This document shows positions 1-11,710 of a stretch of DNA of 59,683 bases, in pieces. A program made the position numbers and the translations under genes. The stretch is from NCBI GenBank assembly GCA_027067385.1, contig JAMOVV010000023.1, forward strand, positions 1-59,683, read 5' to 3'. A model generated the notes under the pieces. The model was not told where the DNA came from. It ran no database searches and saw only the letters and a list, made by a program, of their open reading frames with translations. The stretch is from Desulfarculaceae bacterium (GTDB lineage: Bacteria; Desulfobacterota; Desulfarculia; Desulfarculales; Desulfarculaceae). The stretch's first letter is position 1; each line of letters begins with the position of its first letter.

Positions 1-85
1 CCAGAAGGCGGTGGAGCTCTCCGGCGGCCACCCGGCCACCAAGCGGCTGCTACAGCGTTTGCAGCAAAAGCGAGGGGCCAAGTAG
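1..85 (+). CDS. 3' end of a CDS that begins upstream of the window (...LLQRLQQKRGAK*)
   Basis: The frame is open from the window edge (phase of nt 2) to TAG at 83-85. No recognisable motif. Confidence 0.3.
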   Translation, partial: QKAVELSGGHPATKRLLQRLQQKRGAK

Positions 86-379
86 TTGCCGCCGCGGGTC
101 AAGAATGTCAAGCTGTGGGCCGACGACCCCCGGCGGGAACAGAAGCTGGCCCAAGCCGCGGCCGAGCTGGCCCGGCAGGGACAGCGGGTAGAGTCGGTGC
201 AGGGGCCGTTGCCCCTGGAGAGCGGTGAGCTGATGTACGCCATAATCCTGGAGCCGGCCGGCGGCGGGAGCCGCGACGGCGCCTTGCCGGGCATGTGGCA
301 GTGCCCCGACTGCGGCGAGATGATGCCCGACGACGACCGGGTCTGCTCCATCTGCCTGGCCCGGCGCCCCGGCTCATGA
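86..379 (+). CDS. Small hypothetical protein with a C-terminal zinc-ribbon (CPDCG...CSIC)
   Basis: 97-aa ORF with a TTG start. It has a CxxC-x12-CxxC motif. Its stop overlaps the next ATG (ATGA at 376-379), which suggests translational coupling. Confidence 0.45.
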   Translation: MPPRVKNVKLWADDPRREQKLAQAAAELARQGQRVESVQGPLPLESGELMYAIILEPAGGGSRDGALPGMWQCPDCGEMMPDDDRVCSICLARRPGS

Positions 380-771
380 GCCGGCCGGGAGAGACCGTGA
401 AGAACCTGACGCAAGCCTTAATCCTGGGGTTGCTATGCGCCGCGCTGCTGGTCGCTGGTGCCTGCGGCGGTGGCGGCGACAGCGGCGGCGAGGTCTCGAG
501 CCTGGAGCGCGCCCTCATCGGACGCTGGGAGCGCACCGCCGGCGCGGCCGCCCTGCCCGACACCTTGATCTTTTCCACCCCGCCGGCCGCCGTGGCCATA
601 ACCGGCGCGACCCAGGTTCCCTTCACCTGGGTCCTGGCCGGCACGGTGCTGATCAACAACCTCGGCGGCCAGGTGAACCAGGCCACCCTCACCTGGATCG
701 ACGGCAACCACATCGCGATCGACGACCTCACCGCGGGCAGCGGCCCCAGCTCCTGGGAGCGCTCGCCCTAG
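376..771 (+). CDS. Putative lipoprotein
   Basis: An internal ATG at 376 gives MSRPGETVKNLTQALILGLLCAALLVAGACGGGG. This is a signal peptide plus a lipobox-like LVAGAC. The ATGA overlaps the upstream ORF. Confidence 0.55.
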   Translation: MSRPGETVKNLTQALILGLLCAALLVAGACGGGGDSGGEVSSLERALIGRWERTAGAAALPDTLIFSTPPAAVAITGATQVPFTWVLAGTVLINNLGGQVNQATLTWIDGNHIAIDDLTAGSGPSSWERSP

Positions 772-912
772 GGCGCCTTGACTCCGGTCGTCACCTATTG
801 TTCATGGCAGGCAGTCCGGCCGAAAGAGGCAGTCGTCCTGGCCGCAGTCCGGGATACGGCCAAAGCAGGCCGTGTACCCCAATTGCACCCCCGGCCGGCG
901 AAAGCGCCCGGG

Positions 913-2751
913 TTATTCGCAGCCCGAGGCTCCGCACAAGAGGCAGGTGCGGCAGCCGCCGTCGGTGGCCAGGGTGCCGCCGCAGCGGGGGCAGAGGTGG
1001 GTGGCCTGGGCCACCGGGGTGCTTGGGCGTCCGGGCAGGGGGGCCAGCTCCAGCACCTGGCGGCCGCGGCAGCCGTGCCTAAACACGGTGACCCCCTTGA
1101 GCCCCAAGCGGTGGGCCTGGGTAAAGACCTCGGCCACCGCCTGGGGGCTGGTTTCGGCCGGCAGGTTCACCGTCTTGGAGACCCCGTTGTCGGTGAACTC
1201 CTGGAAGGCCGCCTGCACCTGCAGATGCACCGCGGGGGCGATCTCGTGGGCGGTGGGGTAGAGCGCGGCCAGCCCGGGGTCCAGGCCGGCCACCGCCGAG
1301 GCCCGGCCGGTGGCCGCCAGGGCGGCCCGGTTGTCCGGGGTGTCCAAGCCCTGTCGTTGCAGCAGCCGCATGAAGCCGGGGTTGAGCTCCACCAGTTCCT
1401 CGCCGCCGAGCACCCGGCGGGTGTAGGCCAGGGCAAAGTGGGGCTCGATGGAGGCCGAGCAGCCCATGATGAGGCTGAGGGTGCCGGTGGGGGCGATGGT
1501 GGTGACGGTGGCGTTGCGCAGGTGACGGTAGCCCTGGGCCGGGTAGACGCTCTGCTCAAAGACCGGGAAGCTGCCCCGGCTCCGCCCCAGCTCCACGCTG
1601 GCCGCCCGCGCCGTCCCGGTGATGGCGGACATGATCCGGCGGCCCAACTCCAGCGACTCCGGCGAGCCGTAGACCAGGCCCAGCTCGCTCAAGAGATCGG
1701 CCAGGCCCATCACCCCCAGGCCCACCTTGCGGGTGCGGGCGGTGGCCTCGGCCACCTGGGGCAAGGGGTAGCGGTTCACCTCGATGACGTCGTCCAGGAA
1801 GCGCAAGCCCACGGCGGCCGCCTGCTCCAAGGCGGCCAGGTCCAGCTCGCGGTTCTTGATAAAGGCCGGCAGCACCAGGGAGCCGAGGTTGCAGGATTCG
1901 TAGGGCAATAGCGGCTGCTCGCCGCAGGGGTTGGTGGCCTCCAGGGGGCCCAGGGCCGGGACGGGGTTGGCCCGGTTGATGGCGTCGAAAAAGGCCAGGC
2001 CCGGCTCGCCGGAGGCGTGGGCCGACTCCACGATGAGCCCAAAAAGCTCGGCCGCCTCCACGGTGCGCACCACCTGGCCGTTGCGCGGGTTGACCAGCGG
2101 CCACTTATCGCCGGCGGCCGCGGCGGCCATGAAGGCGTCGTCGGCCATGACCGACAGGTTGAAGTTGCGCAGGCCGTGGTTATCGCGCTTGGCGGTGATG
2201 AACAGCTCGATGTCGGGATGGCCGGCGGCCAGCATGCCCATGTTGGCCCCCCGCCGGGTGCCGCCCTGCTTGATGGCCTCGGTGGCCACGTCAAAGACCC
2301 GCATGAAGCTCAAGGGGCCGGAGCTCACCCCCATGGTGGAGGAGACCACGTCGCCGGCCGGGCGCAGGCGGGAGAAGGAAAAACCGGTGCCCCCGCCGGA
2401 CTGGTGGATCATGGCGGTGTGGCCCACCGCGGCGAAGATGGACTCCAGGGAATCGTCCACCGGCAACACAAAGCAAGCGGCCAACTGCCCCAGGGGACGG
2501 CCGGCGTTCATCAGGGTGGGCGAGTTGGGTAGAAAGCGGCCGCTGGCCATGAGCTCGAAGAAGGCGTCGCGCCAGCGCCGCAGGGCCTGCGCGCCGCCGT
2601 AGGCCTCCTCGGCCGCGGCCACCGCGCCGGCCACCCGGGCCAGCATCTCCTCGGCCGTCTCGATTACGCGGCCGTCGGGGTCGCGGGCCAGGTAGCGCCG
2701 CCGCAGGATAAGCTCGGCGTGGGGTCCCAGGGGTAGTCCGTCGGTGCTCAT
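913..2751 (-). CDS. nrdJ: Adenosylcobalamin-dependent (class II) ribonucleotide reductase
   Basis: 612 aa. Motifs: LPNSPTLMNAG, ACFVLPV, TNPCGEQPL, SCNLGSL. C-terminal Cys-rich tail CPRCGG...CRTCLLCGASGC. Confidence 0.9.
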   Translation of the reverse strand: MSTDGLPLGPHAELILRRRYLARDPDGRVIETAEEMLARVAGAVAAAEEAYGGAQALRRWRDAFFELMASGRFLPNSPTLMNAGRPLGQLAACFVLPVDDSLESIFAAVGHTAMIHQSGGGTGFSFSRLRPAGDVVSSTMGVSSGPLSFMRVFDVATEAIKQGGTRRGANMGMLAAGHPDIELFITAKRDNHGLRNFNLSVMADDAFMAAAAAGDKWPLVNPRNGQVVRTVEAAELFGLIVESAHASGEPGLAFFDAINRANPVPALGPLEATNPCGEQPLLPYESCNLGSLVLPAFIKNRELDLAALEQAAAVGLRFLDDVIEVNRYPLPQVAEATARTRKVGLGVMGLADLLSELGLVYGSPESLELGRRIMSAITGTARAASVELGRSRGSFPVFEQSVYPAQGYRHLRNATVTTIAPTGTLSLIMGCSASIEPHFALAYTRRVLGGEELVELNPGFMRLLQRQGLDTPDNRAALAATGRASAVAGLDPGLAALYPTAHEIAPAVHLQVQAAFQEFTDNGVSKTVNLPAETSPQAVAEVFTQAHRLGLKGVTVFRHGCRGRQVLELAPLPGRPSTPVAQATHLCPRCGGTLATDGGCRTCLLCGASGCE

Positions 2752-2832
2752 GGGAATAAGGCTAACGGTTTGCCGGCCGCTTGGGAAGGGGGATTCGGCA
2801 GGACCACTCCGCCGCGGCCCCGGCGGCCGGGG

Positions 2833-5244
<2,412 letters not shown>

Positions 5245-5255
5245 CGTCCCTCGTT

Positions 5256-6368
5256 TCAATCGCGAACGTAATGGTTGCCGGCCTGTTGACTCACCAGGCC
5301 GGCCATCTCCAGGTTGATCAGCAGGGCGCTCACCTCCTGGGACTTGAGCCCGCTCTCGCGGACCAAAACATCTATGTGCACCGGCTCGGCCCCCACCAAG
5401 GCCAGCAGCCGCGCAGCCTCCTCCGGCAGGTCCGGAGGCGGCGCCACCGGCTCGGCGCGGCCCGGCCCCAGAGGAGGCAGGACCCCACGGCCCAGCACGT
5501 CATCGGGACCGCGGTAAAGACGCGCTCCGGTCTCGATGAGGGCGTGGCAGCCCTGGCTGGTGGGCGAGTCCACCGGGCCGGGCATGGCCAGCACCTCGCG
5601 TCCCTGGTCGGCACCGTGGCGCGCGGTGATCAAGGCGCCGCTGCGCAGGCCGGCCTCCACCACCACCACCGCCCGGGACATGCCGCTTATAATGCGGTTG
5701 CGCCCGGGAAAATTACCCGCGCTGGGCGCGGTGCCCAAGGGATGCTCGCTCACCAGGGCACCCTCGGCGGCCACCCGCTGCATCAGCTCGGCGTTCTCCG
5801 GTGGATAGGCCACGTCGAGCCCGCAGCCCATCACCCCCACCGTGTGGCCGCCAGCGGCCAGGGCGGCGGAGTGCACCGCGGTGTCCACCCCACGGGCCAG
5901 GCCCGAGATGGCGCTTACCCTGGCCTTGCCCAGGGCGCGCCCCAGCTCCTCGGCCTTGCGGCGGCCGTAAGGGCTGAACTTGCGCGAGCCCACCACGGCC
6001 ACGCCGCCGTCGCGGCAGCCGGCCAGATCGCCCCGCACGAAAATCACCGGGGGAGGATGGATGATCTCCTTGAGCAGCGGCGGATACTCCGGGTCCCGCA
6101 CGGTCACCGCGCGGCCCCCCAGGCGCTCCAGGCGGGCCAACTCCTCCTGGGGGTCGCGCGCCCAGCGGCGCTGGCTCACCGCCGCGGCCAAGCTGGGCCC
6201 CACCCCGGACAGGGCCTGCAGGCGCCGGCGGTCGGCCCCCAGGGCCGCCGACGGCGAGCCCAAGGCCTCCACCAAGCGGTGGAAGGTAACCGCGCCCACC
6301 CCGGGCACCAGGCGCAGCCCCACCCAATCGGCCAATTCAGAGGGGTCCATGTGGTTTCTGCCCTCCAT
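5256..6368 (-). CDS. dprA: DNA-processing protein DprA (Smf)
   Basis: 370 aa with the Rossmann-like core VVGSRKFSPYG...GLARGVDTAVHSAAL. Classic dprA-topA synteny. Confidence 0.9.
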   Translation of the reverse strand: MEGRNHMDPSELADWVGLRLVPGVGAVTFHRLVEALGSPSAALGADRRRLQALSGVGPSLAAAVSQRRWARDPQEELARLERLGGRAVTVRDPEYPPLLKEIIHPPPVIFVRGDLAGCRDGGVAVVGSRKFSPYGRRKAEELGRALGKARVSAISGLARGVDTAVHSAALAAGGHTVGVMGCGLDVAYPPENAELMQRVAAEGALVSEHPLGTAPSAGNFPGRNRIISGMSRAVVVVEAGLRSGALITARHGADQGREVLAMPGPVDSPTSQGCHALIETGARLYRGPDDVLGRGVLPPLGPGRAEPVAPPPDLPEEAARLLALVGAEPVHIDVLVRESGLKSQEVSALLINLEMAGLVSQQAGNHYVRD

Positions 6369-6510
6369 GAGGCAAAGAAGCTAACCAGCCAACCGAGGCG
6401 CGTCAAGGGGTTTTTCAAAATCACCCCCCTGCGCCAGACGAGGTTCACACCACCTCTGGCGGGCCGGGTATAATATAGATTGTTATGGCCCGGCGCACGA
6501 AAGGTCAACC

Positions 6511-8034
6511 ATGAGACTTAAACCAACCATCCGGCGCTTGCTCTATGCCCTGCTGGGGCTGCTGCTATTGACCACCCCGGCCCAGGCCAGGCCCATCCAA
6601 CGGCCGTGGAACCTGGCCGTGGTCCTGGACCTCAGCCAGAGCATGGGCCGGGAATGGCTCGGCTCCAGCCGGGTCCAGGTCTTGGAGCGCGCCCTGGGCG
6701 TGGAGCTGCGGAGCCTGCCGCGCCGGATCACCGCCGGGCTGTGGGCGGCCGCCGGCGGGCGGGTCCACCGTCTCATCGCCCCCTGCTCCGCGGCCCGGCT
6801 CAAGGGCGTGTACCTGCGCCTGCCGCGTCCCGGCGGCCACGGCGCCGTGACGGCCGCCCTGGAACGGGCCGCCGGTTGGCTGCAAAAAAACGGCGGCGGC
6901 TCCCTCCTGCTGCTCACCGGCCCCGACCCGCCCGCCGCACCGAAGGCCCTGCTCGACCGCCTGGAAAAGGCCAGCGTCTTTTGGCACATCTTCGCCGTGG
7001 CCCCGGGACCGGCCGCCAGGCGCATGAGAACCGCGGCCGCCATGGGCGGCGGGCTGCTGATCACCAGCGATCGGCCCGCTGATACCGCGCGCCTTTTAAG
7101 GCGCGCGGTAAGCGCGGCGCTGAGCCCGACCTTTGTACAAGTGTTGACCTATGATCAAAACAACAGACCTTTGCACCTGCCTTTTACCTTGCAGCGCCGC
7201 GACCAGGCCTGGGGCCTGGTCAGCGGGCGGGCGCACCGCCGTTTGCAGTTGCCATCCGGGGTGTACCGGCTATCGTGGCCTCAGGGCCCGCCGCCGTCTG
7301 CGGCCGCCCGGGCGCGGGTAGTAAACATTCCACGCCAGGGCACGGTCAAGCTATGGATCGGCGGCCGGTGCCGGCTGCTGATCCAGGCCCGAGACGCGAG
7401 GGGCCGGCCGCTGGCCTGGAAGGTAAAGGTGAGTGACATCGACAGCGGCCGGTTGATCACGCCGTACAAGCCGGCGCCGCTGGAGCTCAGCCTGTCCAGC
7501 GGCCGTTACCTGGTGCGCAGCCTTTCGCCGGCCCACCAGCGGCAGGTGGAGTTGGCGGCCGGCCAACGGGTGGAGATGATCCTGGGACCGCCGGGCCGGC
7601 TCACGGTAAAGCTGGCCGGTCCCCTGGGGCCGGTGCGCCTGCCCTACCGGGTGGTGGACCTGCGGGCCGGCCGGCGGGTGGCCACCGGTTACAGCAACTC
7701 GCCGATGGTCCTGCTGCCGGGCCGCTACCGCCTGGAGCCGGCCTTGTATCCGCCGCTGGTGCGCCAGGTGGTCATGCCGCCGGGCGGCCGGGTGGTGGTG
7801 GAGTTACCCCTGCTCGGCATGCTGCACATCAAGCGGTCCCGGGCAGCAGCGGCGCGGCGCTACCAAGTGCAGACCCCCTCGGGCCGGCGGGTGGCCAGCG
7901 GCAAGGGTCAACGCTACCTGCCCCTGGGCCCGGGGCGCTACCTGGTGGTGTTTGGTGGCGGGCACGCGGTAGCGGTCCAGGTTCGGGCCGGTCGGCTCAG
8001 CACCGTCACGGCGCCGGCCACCGAGTCTGATTGA
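6511..8034 (+). CDS. Secreted vWA-domain protein with four repeated beta-sandwich-like modules
   Basis: Signal peptide LLGLLLLTTPAQA and MIDAS-like VVLDLSQSMG (DxSxS). A G-x-Y-[RL]-[LV] motif recurs four times (GVYRLSW, GRYLVRS, GRYRLEP, GRYLVVF). Confidence 0.7.
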   Translation: MRLKPTIRRLLYALLGLLLLTTPAQARPIQRPWNLAVVLDLSQSMGREWLGSSRVQVLERALGVELRSLPRRITAGLWAAAGGRVHRLIAPCSAARLKGVYLRLPRPGGHGAVTAALERAAGWLQKNGGGSLLLLTGPDPPAAPKALLDRLEKASVFWHIFAVAPGPAARRMRTAAAMGGGLLITSDRPADTARLLRRAVSAALSPTFVQVLTYDQNNRPLHLPFTLQRRDQAWGLVSGRAHRRLQLPSGVYRLSWPQGPPPSAAARARVVNIPRQGTVKLWIGGRCRLLIQARDARGRPLAWKVKVSDIDSGRLITPYKPAPLELSLSSGRYLVRSLSPAHQRQVELAAGQRVEMILGPPGRLTVKLAGPLGPVRLPYRVVDLRAGRRVATGYSNSPMVLLPGRYRLEPALYPPLVRQVVMPPGGRVVVELPLLGMLHIKRSRAAAARRYQVQTPSGRRVASGKGQRYLPLGPGRYLVVFGGGHAVAVQVRAGRLSTVTAPATESD

Positions 8035-8128
8035 CATCATGGGCCTGTTTCCGGTATGTTTCGCCTTACCCTCGCACGGCCCAACAAAACGATCATGGAT
8101 CGGTTTTGATCCCTATGGGAGGTGAAGT

Positions 8129-9859
8129 ATGACCACTGACCTGGGTGACCGCCCTTGGTACGGGGATTGGCCGCAGGGCGTTCCCAAAAGCATCGACTAC
8201 CCCAAGATCGGCCTGGGCGAGCTATTGCGTGAGACCGCCCGAGCCAACGCCGACAAGACCGCCATCATCTTCGCGCTCAAACCTGGCGTGGAGTCGGTGA
8301 TCACTTACGGTCAGTTGGACGACTACGTGGACCGCATGGCCACCGGTTTGCACAAGCTGGGCCTGGTCAAGGGCGACGTACTGGCCATAATGCTGCCCAA
8401 CAGCCACCAGTTCGTCATCACCTTTTTCGCGGCCCAGCGGTTGGGCCTGGTGGTCACGGCCATCAACCCCACCTACAAGCCCATGGAGATCAAGCACCAG
8501 CTCAACGACTCCGGGGCCAAGGCCTTCGTGGTATTGGACGCGGTGTTCGAGGCGGCGGCCAAGGTGCTGCCCGAGACCGGGGTAAAACACGTCATCGGCA
8601 CCAACCTGGTGGACGTGGGCAACTTCAGCCCGGTCAAGAAATTCCTGGGCAAGCTGCTGGGCAAGATTCCCAGCGGCAAGATGCCCTCCACCGCCCTGGC
8701 CTTCAACGATCTGCTCAAGACCGAGCCCAACCTGCCCCAGGTGACGGTGGACCCGCTCAACGACCTGGCGGTGCTGCAATACACCGGCGGCACCACCGGC
8801 ACCCCCAAGGGGGCCATGCTCTCGGCCTATAACCTGGTCTCCAACCCCCTGGCCGGCAAGGCCTGGATCGGTGAGACCGACAAAAACCTGGGCTTCGTGG
8901 GCGTGCTGCCACTGTTCCACGTCTTTGCCATGACCTGCTGCATGAACATCGCCATCGCCACCGGCGCCTTCCAACTGCTGTTCCCCAAGCCGCCGGACGA
9001 CTTCAACGACTGGGCCGCCCTGGTGGAGAAGTGGGGCAAGGGCAACCAATTGGTGATGGCCGGGGTGGCGGTGCTGTTCAACAAGATCAACAACACCCCG
9101 GGCCTGGAGAAATACGACCTGAGCCCGCTGACCCACTGCCTCAGCGGGGCCGGTCCCCTGCCGCGCGACGTGCAGATGACCTTTGAGAAGAAATTCGGCG
9201 CCCTGGTGGTGGAGGGCTATGGCCTGTCGGAGTCTTCGCCGGTGGTCACGGCCAATCCCTTTGTCCTGCCCGAGGGCAAGGAGCGGGTGCTGGGCTCCAT
9301 CGGCCTGCCCTTCCCGGACACCGACCTGAAGATCATGGACCTGGAGACCGGCAACACCCAGTTGGGCTACGGCCCCGACCAGGTGGGCGAGCTGTGCGTC
9401 AAGGGACCCCAGGTAATGATGGGCTATTATAACCGCCCGGAGGAGAGCGCCGCCGCCCTGCGCGACGGCTGGCTCTACACCGGCGACATCGCCTACATGG
9501 ACGAGCGCGGCTGGACCTTTATCATGGACCGGGCGCGCGACCTGGTGAAGGTCAAGGGCTACAGCGTCTTCCCCAAGGAAGTGGAGGACTACATGTTCAG
9601 CCACCCGGACATCTTCGAGGTGGCGGTGGTGGGCCTGCCCCATCCCAAGATGGGCGAGTTCATCAAGGCCTACGTGGTGCTCAACCCCGAGTCCGAGGGC
9701 AAGGTGACCGGCGAAGAGATCATCGAGTGGTGCCGCGAAAACATGACCCACTACAAGGTCCCCTCGGAGGTGGAGTTCCGCCAGGAGCTGCCCAAGACCA
9801 TGGTGGGCAAGGTGCTTAGGCGGGTGCTCAAGGAAGAGGAGATGGCCAAGGCCCGCTAG
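8129..9859 (+). CDS. AMP-dependent acyl-CoA synthetase (long-chain fatty-acid-CoA ligase-like)
   Basis: 576 aa. AMP-binding signature LQYTGGTTGTPKGAM, then GYGLSE, YTGDIA and GKVLRR at the C-terminus. Confidence 0.85.
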   Translation: MTTDLGDRPWYGDWPQGVPKSIDYPKIGLGELLRETARANADKTAIIFALKPGVESVITYGQLDDYVDRMATGLHKLGLVKGDVLAIMLPNSHQFVITFFAAQRLGLVVTAINPTYKPMEIKHQLNDSGAKAFVVLDAVFEAAAKVLPETGVKHVIGTNLVDVGNFSPVKKFLGKLLGKIPSGKMPSTALAFNDLLKTEPNLPQVTVDPLNDLAVLQYTGGTTGTPKGAMLSAYNLVSNPLAGKAWIGETDKNLGFVGVLPLFHVFAMTCCMNIAIATGAFQLLFPKPPDDFNDWAALVEKWGKGNQLVMAGVAVLFNKINNTPGLEKYDLSPLTHCLSGAGPLPRDVQMTFEKKFGALVVEGYGLSESSPVVTANPFVLPEGKERVLGSIGLPFPDTDLKIMDLETGNTQLGYGPDQVGELCVKGPQVMMGYYNRPEESAAALRDGWLYTGDIAYMDERGWTFIMDRARDLVKVKGYSVFPKEVEDYMFSHPDIFEVAVVGLPHPKMGEFIKAYVVLNPESEGKVTGEEIIEWCRENMTHYKVPSEVEFRQELPKTMVGKVLRRVLKEEEMAKAR

Positions 9860-9861
9860 CC

Positions 9862-11025
9862 ATGGGCCGGCGTCCGGGGCCGGGGCTCTATATCCACCTG
9901 CCCTTTTGCCCGTCGCTCTGCCCCTACTGCGACTTTGCCACCCAAAAGTACCGACCCGGCCAGGCCCGCGAGTTGATCGCCGGTCTGGCCGTTCATTTGC
10001 GGCGCCTGGCCGGCGCGCTCCGGGGCCGCCGGCTGGAGACCATCTACTTCGGCGGCGGCACCCCCAGCATGTGGCCGGCGGCCGCCCTGGCCGGCCTGCT
10101 GGAGCTGGCGGTTGACTTGTGGGGCCTGGCGCCCGGCGGCGAGGTGAGCCTGGAGGCCAACCCCGGCACCCTGAGCCGGGGCAAGCTAAAGGCCCTGCGC
10201 GCCGCCGGCTTCAACCGGCTCAGCCTGGGGGCCCAGAGCTTTGACCCCGGCCGGTTGGCCGCCCTGGGCCGGCGCCACAGCGCCGATGACACCCGCCGGG
10301 CGGTGGACCAGGCCCGCGCGGCCGGCTTTGACAACCTCAACCTGGATATCATCTACGGCCTGCCGGGACAGGACCCGGCCGCGGCGGCGCGCGATCTGGC
10401 TCGCGCCCTGGCCCTGGAGCCGGAGCACCTGTCGCTCTACGAGCTCACCCTGGGGCCGGAGACCCCCTTTGGCCGGCGCTATAGCCAGGGCCGAGAGCCC
10501 CTGCCTTCCGAGGACCAGGTACTGGCCATGGAGGACGCGGCCCTGGCCGCCCTGGCCGCCGCCGGCCTGGAGCGCTACGAGGTGAGCAACTTTGCGCGGC
10601 CGGGTTTCCAGTGCCGCCACAACCAGTCCACCTGGCGCGGCGGCGACTACCTGGCCGCCGGTCCCGGGGCCCACGGCCACCTGGACGGCCGGCGCTGGGC
10701 CTACCTGCCCCAGGTGGGCCCCTACCTGGCCTCCCTGACCCAGGGCCGGGAGCCGTACCAGTTCGTGGAGGACCTGACGCCCCAACAGCGCTGCCTGGAG
10801 CTGTTCATGCTGGGGCTGCGCACCACGGCGGGGGTGGAGCTGGCGGCGGTTGAAGAAATCCTGGGCCGCGACCCGCGCCAAGTCTACGCCCCGGGGATAC
10901 GACGCCTGCAGGAGTTGGGCTGGGCCCGGCTCACCGCCACCCACCTGGTGCCCACCACCTTGGGCCTACGCATGGCCGATGCTGCCAGCGCCCAGTGCCT
11001 GGGTTCCCATATAGGCCGGACGTAA
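9862..11025 (+). CDS. hemW: Radical SAM heme chaperone HemW (HemN-like)
   Basis: YIHLPFCPSLCPYCDF (CxxxCxxC), GGGTPS, and a HemN_C-like C-terminus. Confidence 0.85.
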   Translation: MGRRPGPGLYIHLPFCPSLCPYCDFATQKYRPGQARELIAGLAVHLRRLAGALRGRRLETIYFGGGTPSMWPAAALAGLLELAVDLWGLAPGGEVSLEANPGTLSRGKLKALRAAGFNRLSLGAQSFDPGRLAALGRRHSADDTRRAVDQARAAGFDNLNLDIIYGLPGQDPAAAARDLARALALEPEHLSLYELTLGPETPFGRRYSQGREPLPSEDQVLAMEDAALAALAAAGLERYEVSNFARPGFQCRHNQSTWRGGDYLAAGPGAHGHLDGRRWAYLPQVGPYLASLTQGREPYQFVEDLTPQQRCLELFMLGLRTTAGVELAAVEEILGRDPRQVYAPGIRRLQELGWARLTATHLVPTTLGLRMADAASAQCLGSHIGRT

Positions 11026-11174
11026 CTTTCCATAGCCACCGCCCGTTCTTAATGCCCACCGATCTGGCCATGACGACAGGCCAAGCCCAGTGCCTGGGTC
11101 CCCATATGGGCCGGACGTAATGTTCCATACCCATCGCCCTTTCTTAATACCCGCCGATCTGGCTACGATGACAG
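10990..11174. repeat. Tandem direct duplication (2 x ~90 nt, period 95) that includes the last 36 nt of hemW
   Basis: Copy 1 (10990-11079) and copy 2 (11085-11174) align by eye with about 12 mismatches. Copy 2 retains an in-frame AQCLGPHMGRT-stop ghost of the hemW C-terminus. Confidence 0.8.
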
Positions 11175-11211
11175 CCCCCCAGTAAAACCGACCCGACCTT
11201 ACAGTCGGCCC

Positions 11212-11363
11212 CGAGCGGAGCAGGTTGGTGGACGAGCCTTTAACGCCCCGGACTTGGACCCACTACGGGAGCCCAGGCACTGGGCTTCGAGCGGAGGATG
11301 GCGGGGGACGAGCCTTTAACCCCACGGACTTGGACCCACTACGGCAGCCGAGGCCCTCGGCCC
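11212..11363. repeat. Second tandem direct repeat (2 units, period 76)
   Basis: The cgagcggag...ggacgagcctttaac[gc]cc[cgac]ggacttggacccactacgg core occurs at 11230-11268 and 11306-11344. The spacer carries cccaggcactgggc, the reverse complement of the start of the first repeat family. Confidence 0.75.
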
Positions 11364-11710
11364 GAGAGCCAGTGCTTGATTTGGATTACCTTGCCGGGGT
11401 CTTTTTGCAGGCTCTGCAAAAGGGCCTGGGCGGCCTCCAAGCGCTGGAGGTGATCGCCGGCGCCGTGGTCCGGACGGTGGCGCTTAACCAGCCGTGGCCA
11501 GAACCGGACCAGGATGAGGCCCAGGGCCAAGCCCAGGAGCAGGCCCAAGGCCAGCCCAACCCACAGGAGTTCCGCCCCGGGGCCGGGTGGGCCGGGCGGC
11601 GGGTGGCCAAAGAGACCCGTCGCCGGCGCCGTGGCCGGTATCCTGCCGGCGCAGGCCGCCAGCCCAGCCAGCGTCGTGGCGGCGATCGCGGGTTTGAGGT
11701 CAAGGGGCAT
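11339..11710 (-). CDS. Small hypothetical membrane/lipoprotein
   Basis: ATG at 11710 is preceded by GGGAGA. N-terminus MPLDLKPAIAATTLAGLAAC is lipobox-like, followed by a hydrophobic helix LLWVGLALGLLLGLALGLILV. No family recognised. Its 3' end runs into the repeat region. Confidence 0.4.
   Translation of the reverse strand: MPLDLKPAIAATTLAGLAACAGRIPATAPATGLFGHPPPGPPGPGAELLWVGLALGLLLGLALGLILVRFWPRLVKRHRPDHGAGDHLQRLEAAQALLQSLQKDPGKVIQIKHWLSGRGPRLP

Noticed and set aside
10990-11363. CRISPR array or tRNA fragment in the hemW downstream repeats.
   Set aside because: Each repeat family has only two copies, and the copies are imperfect and directly adjacent without spacer-like unique segments. 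The gggtccaagtcc segment on the minus strand lacks a canonical GTTCRANYC T-loop and an acceptor stem.
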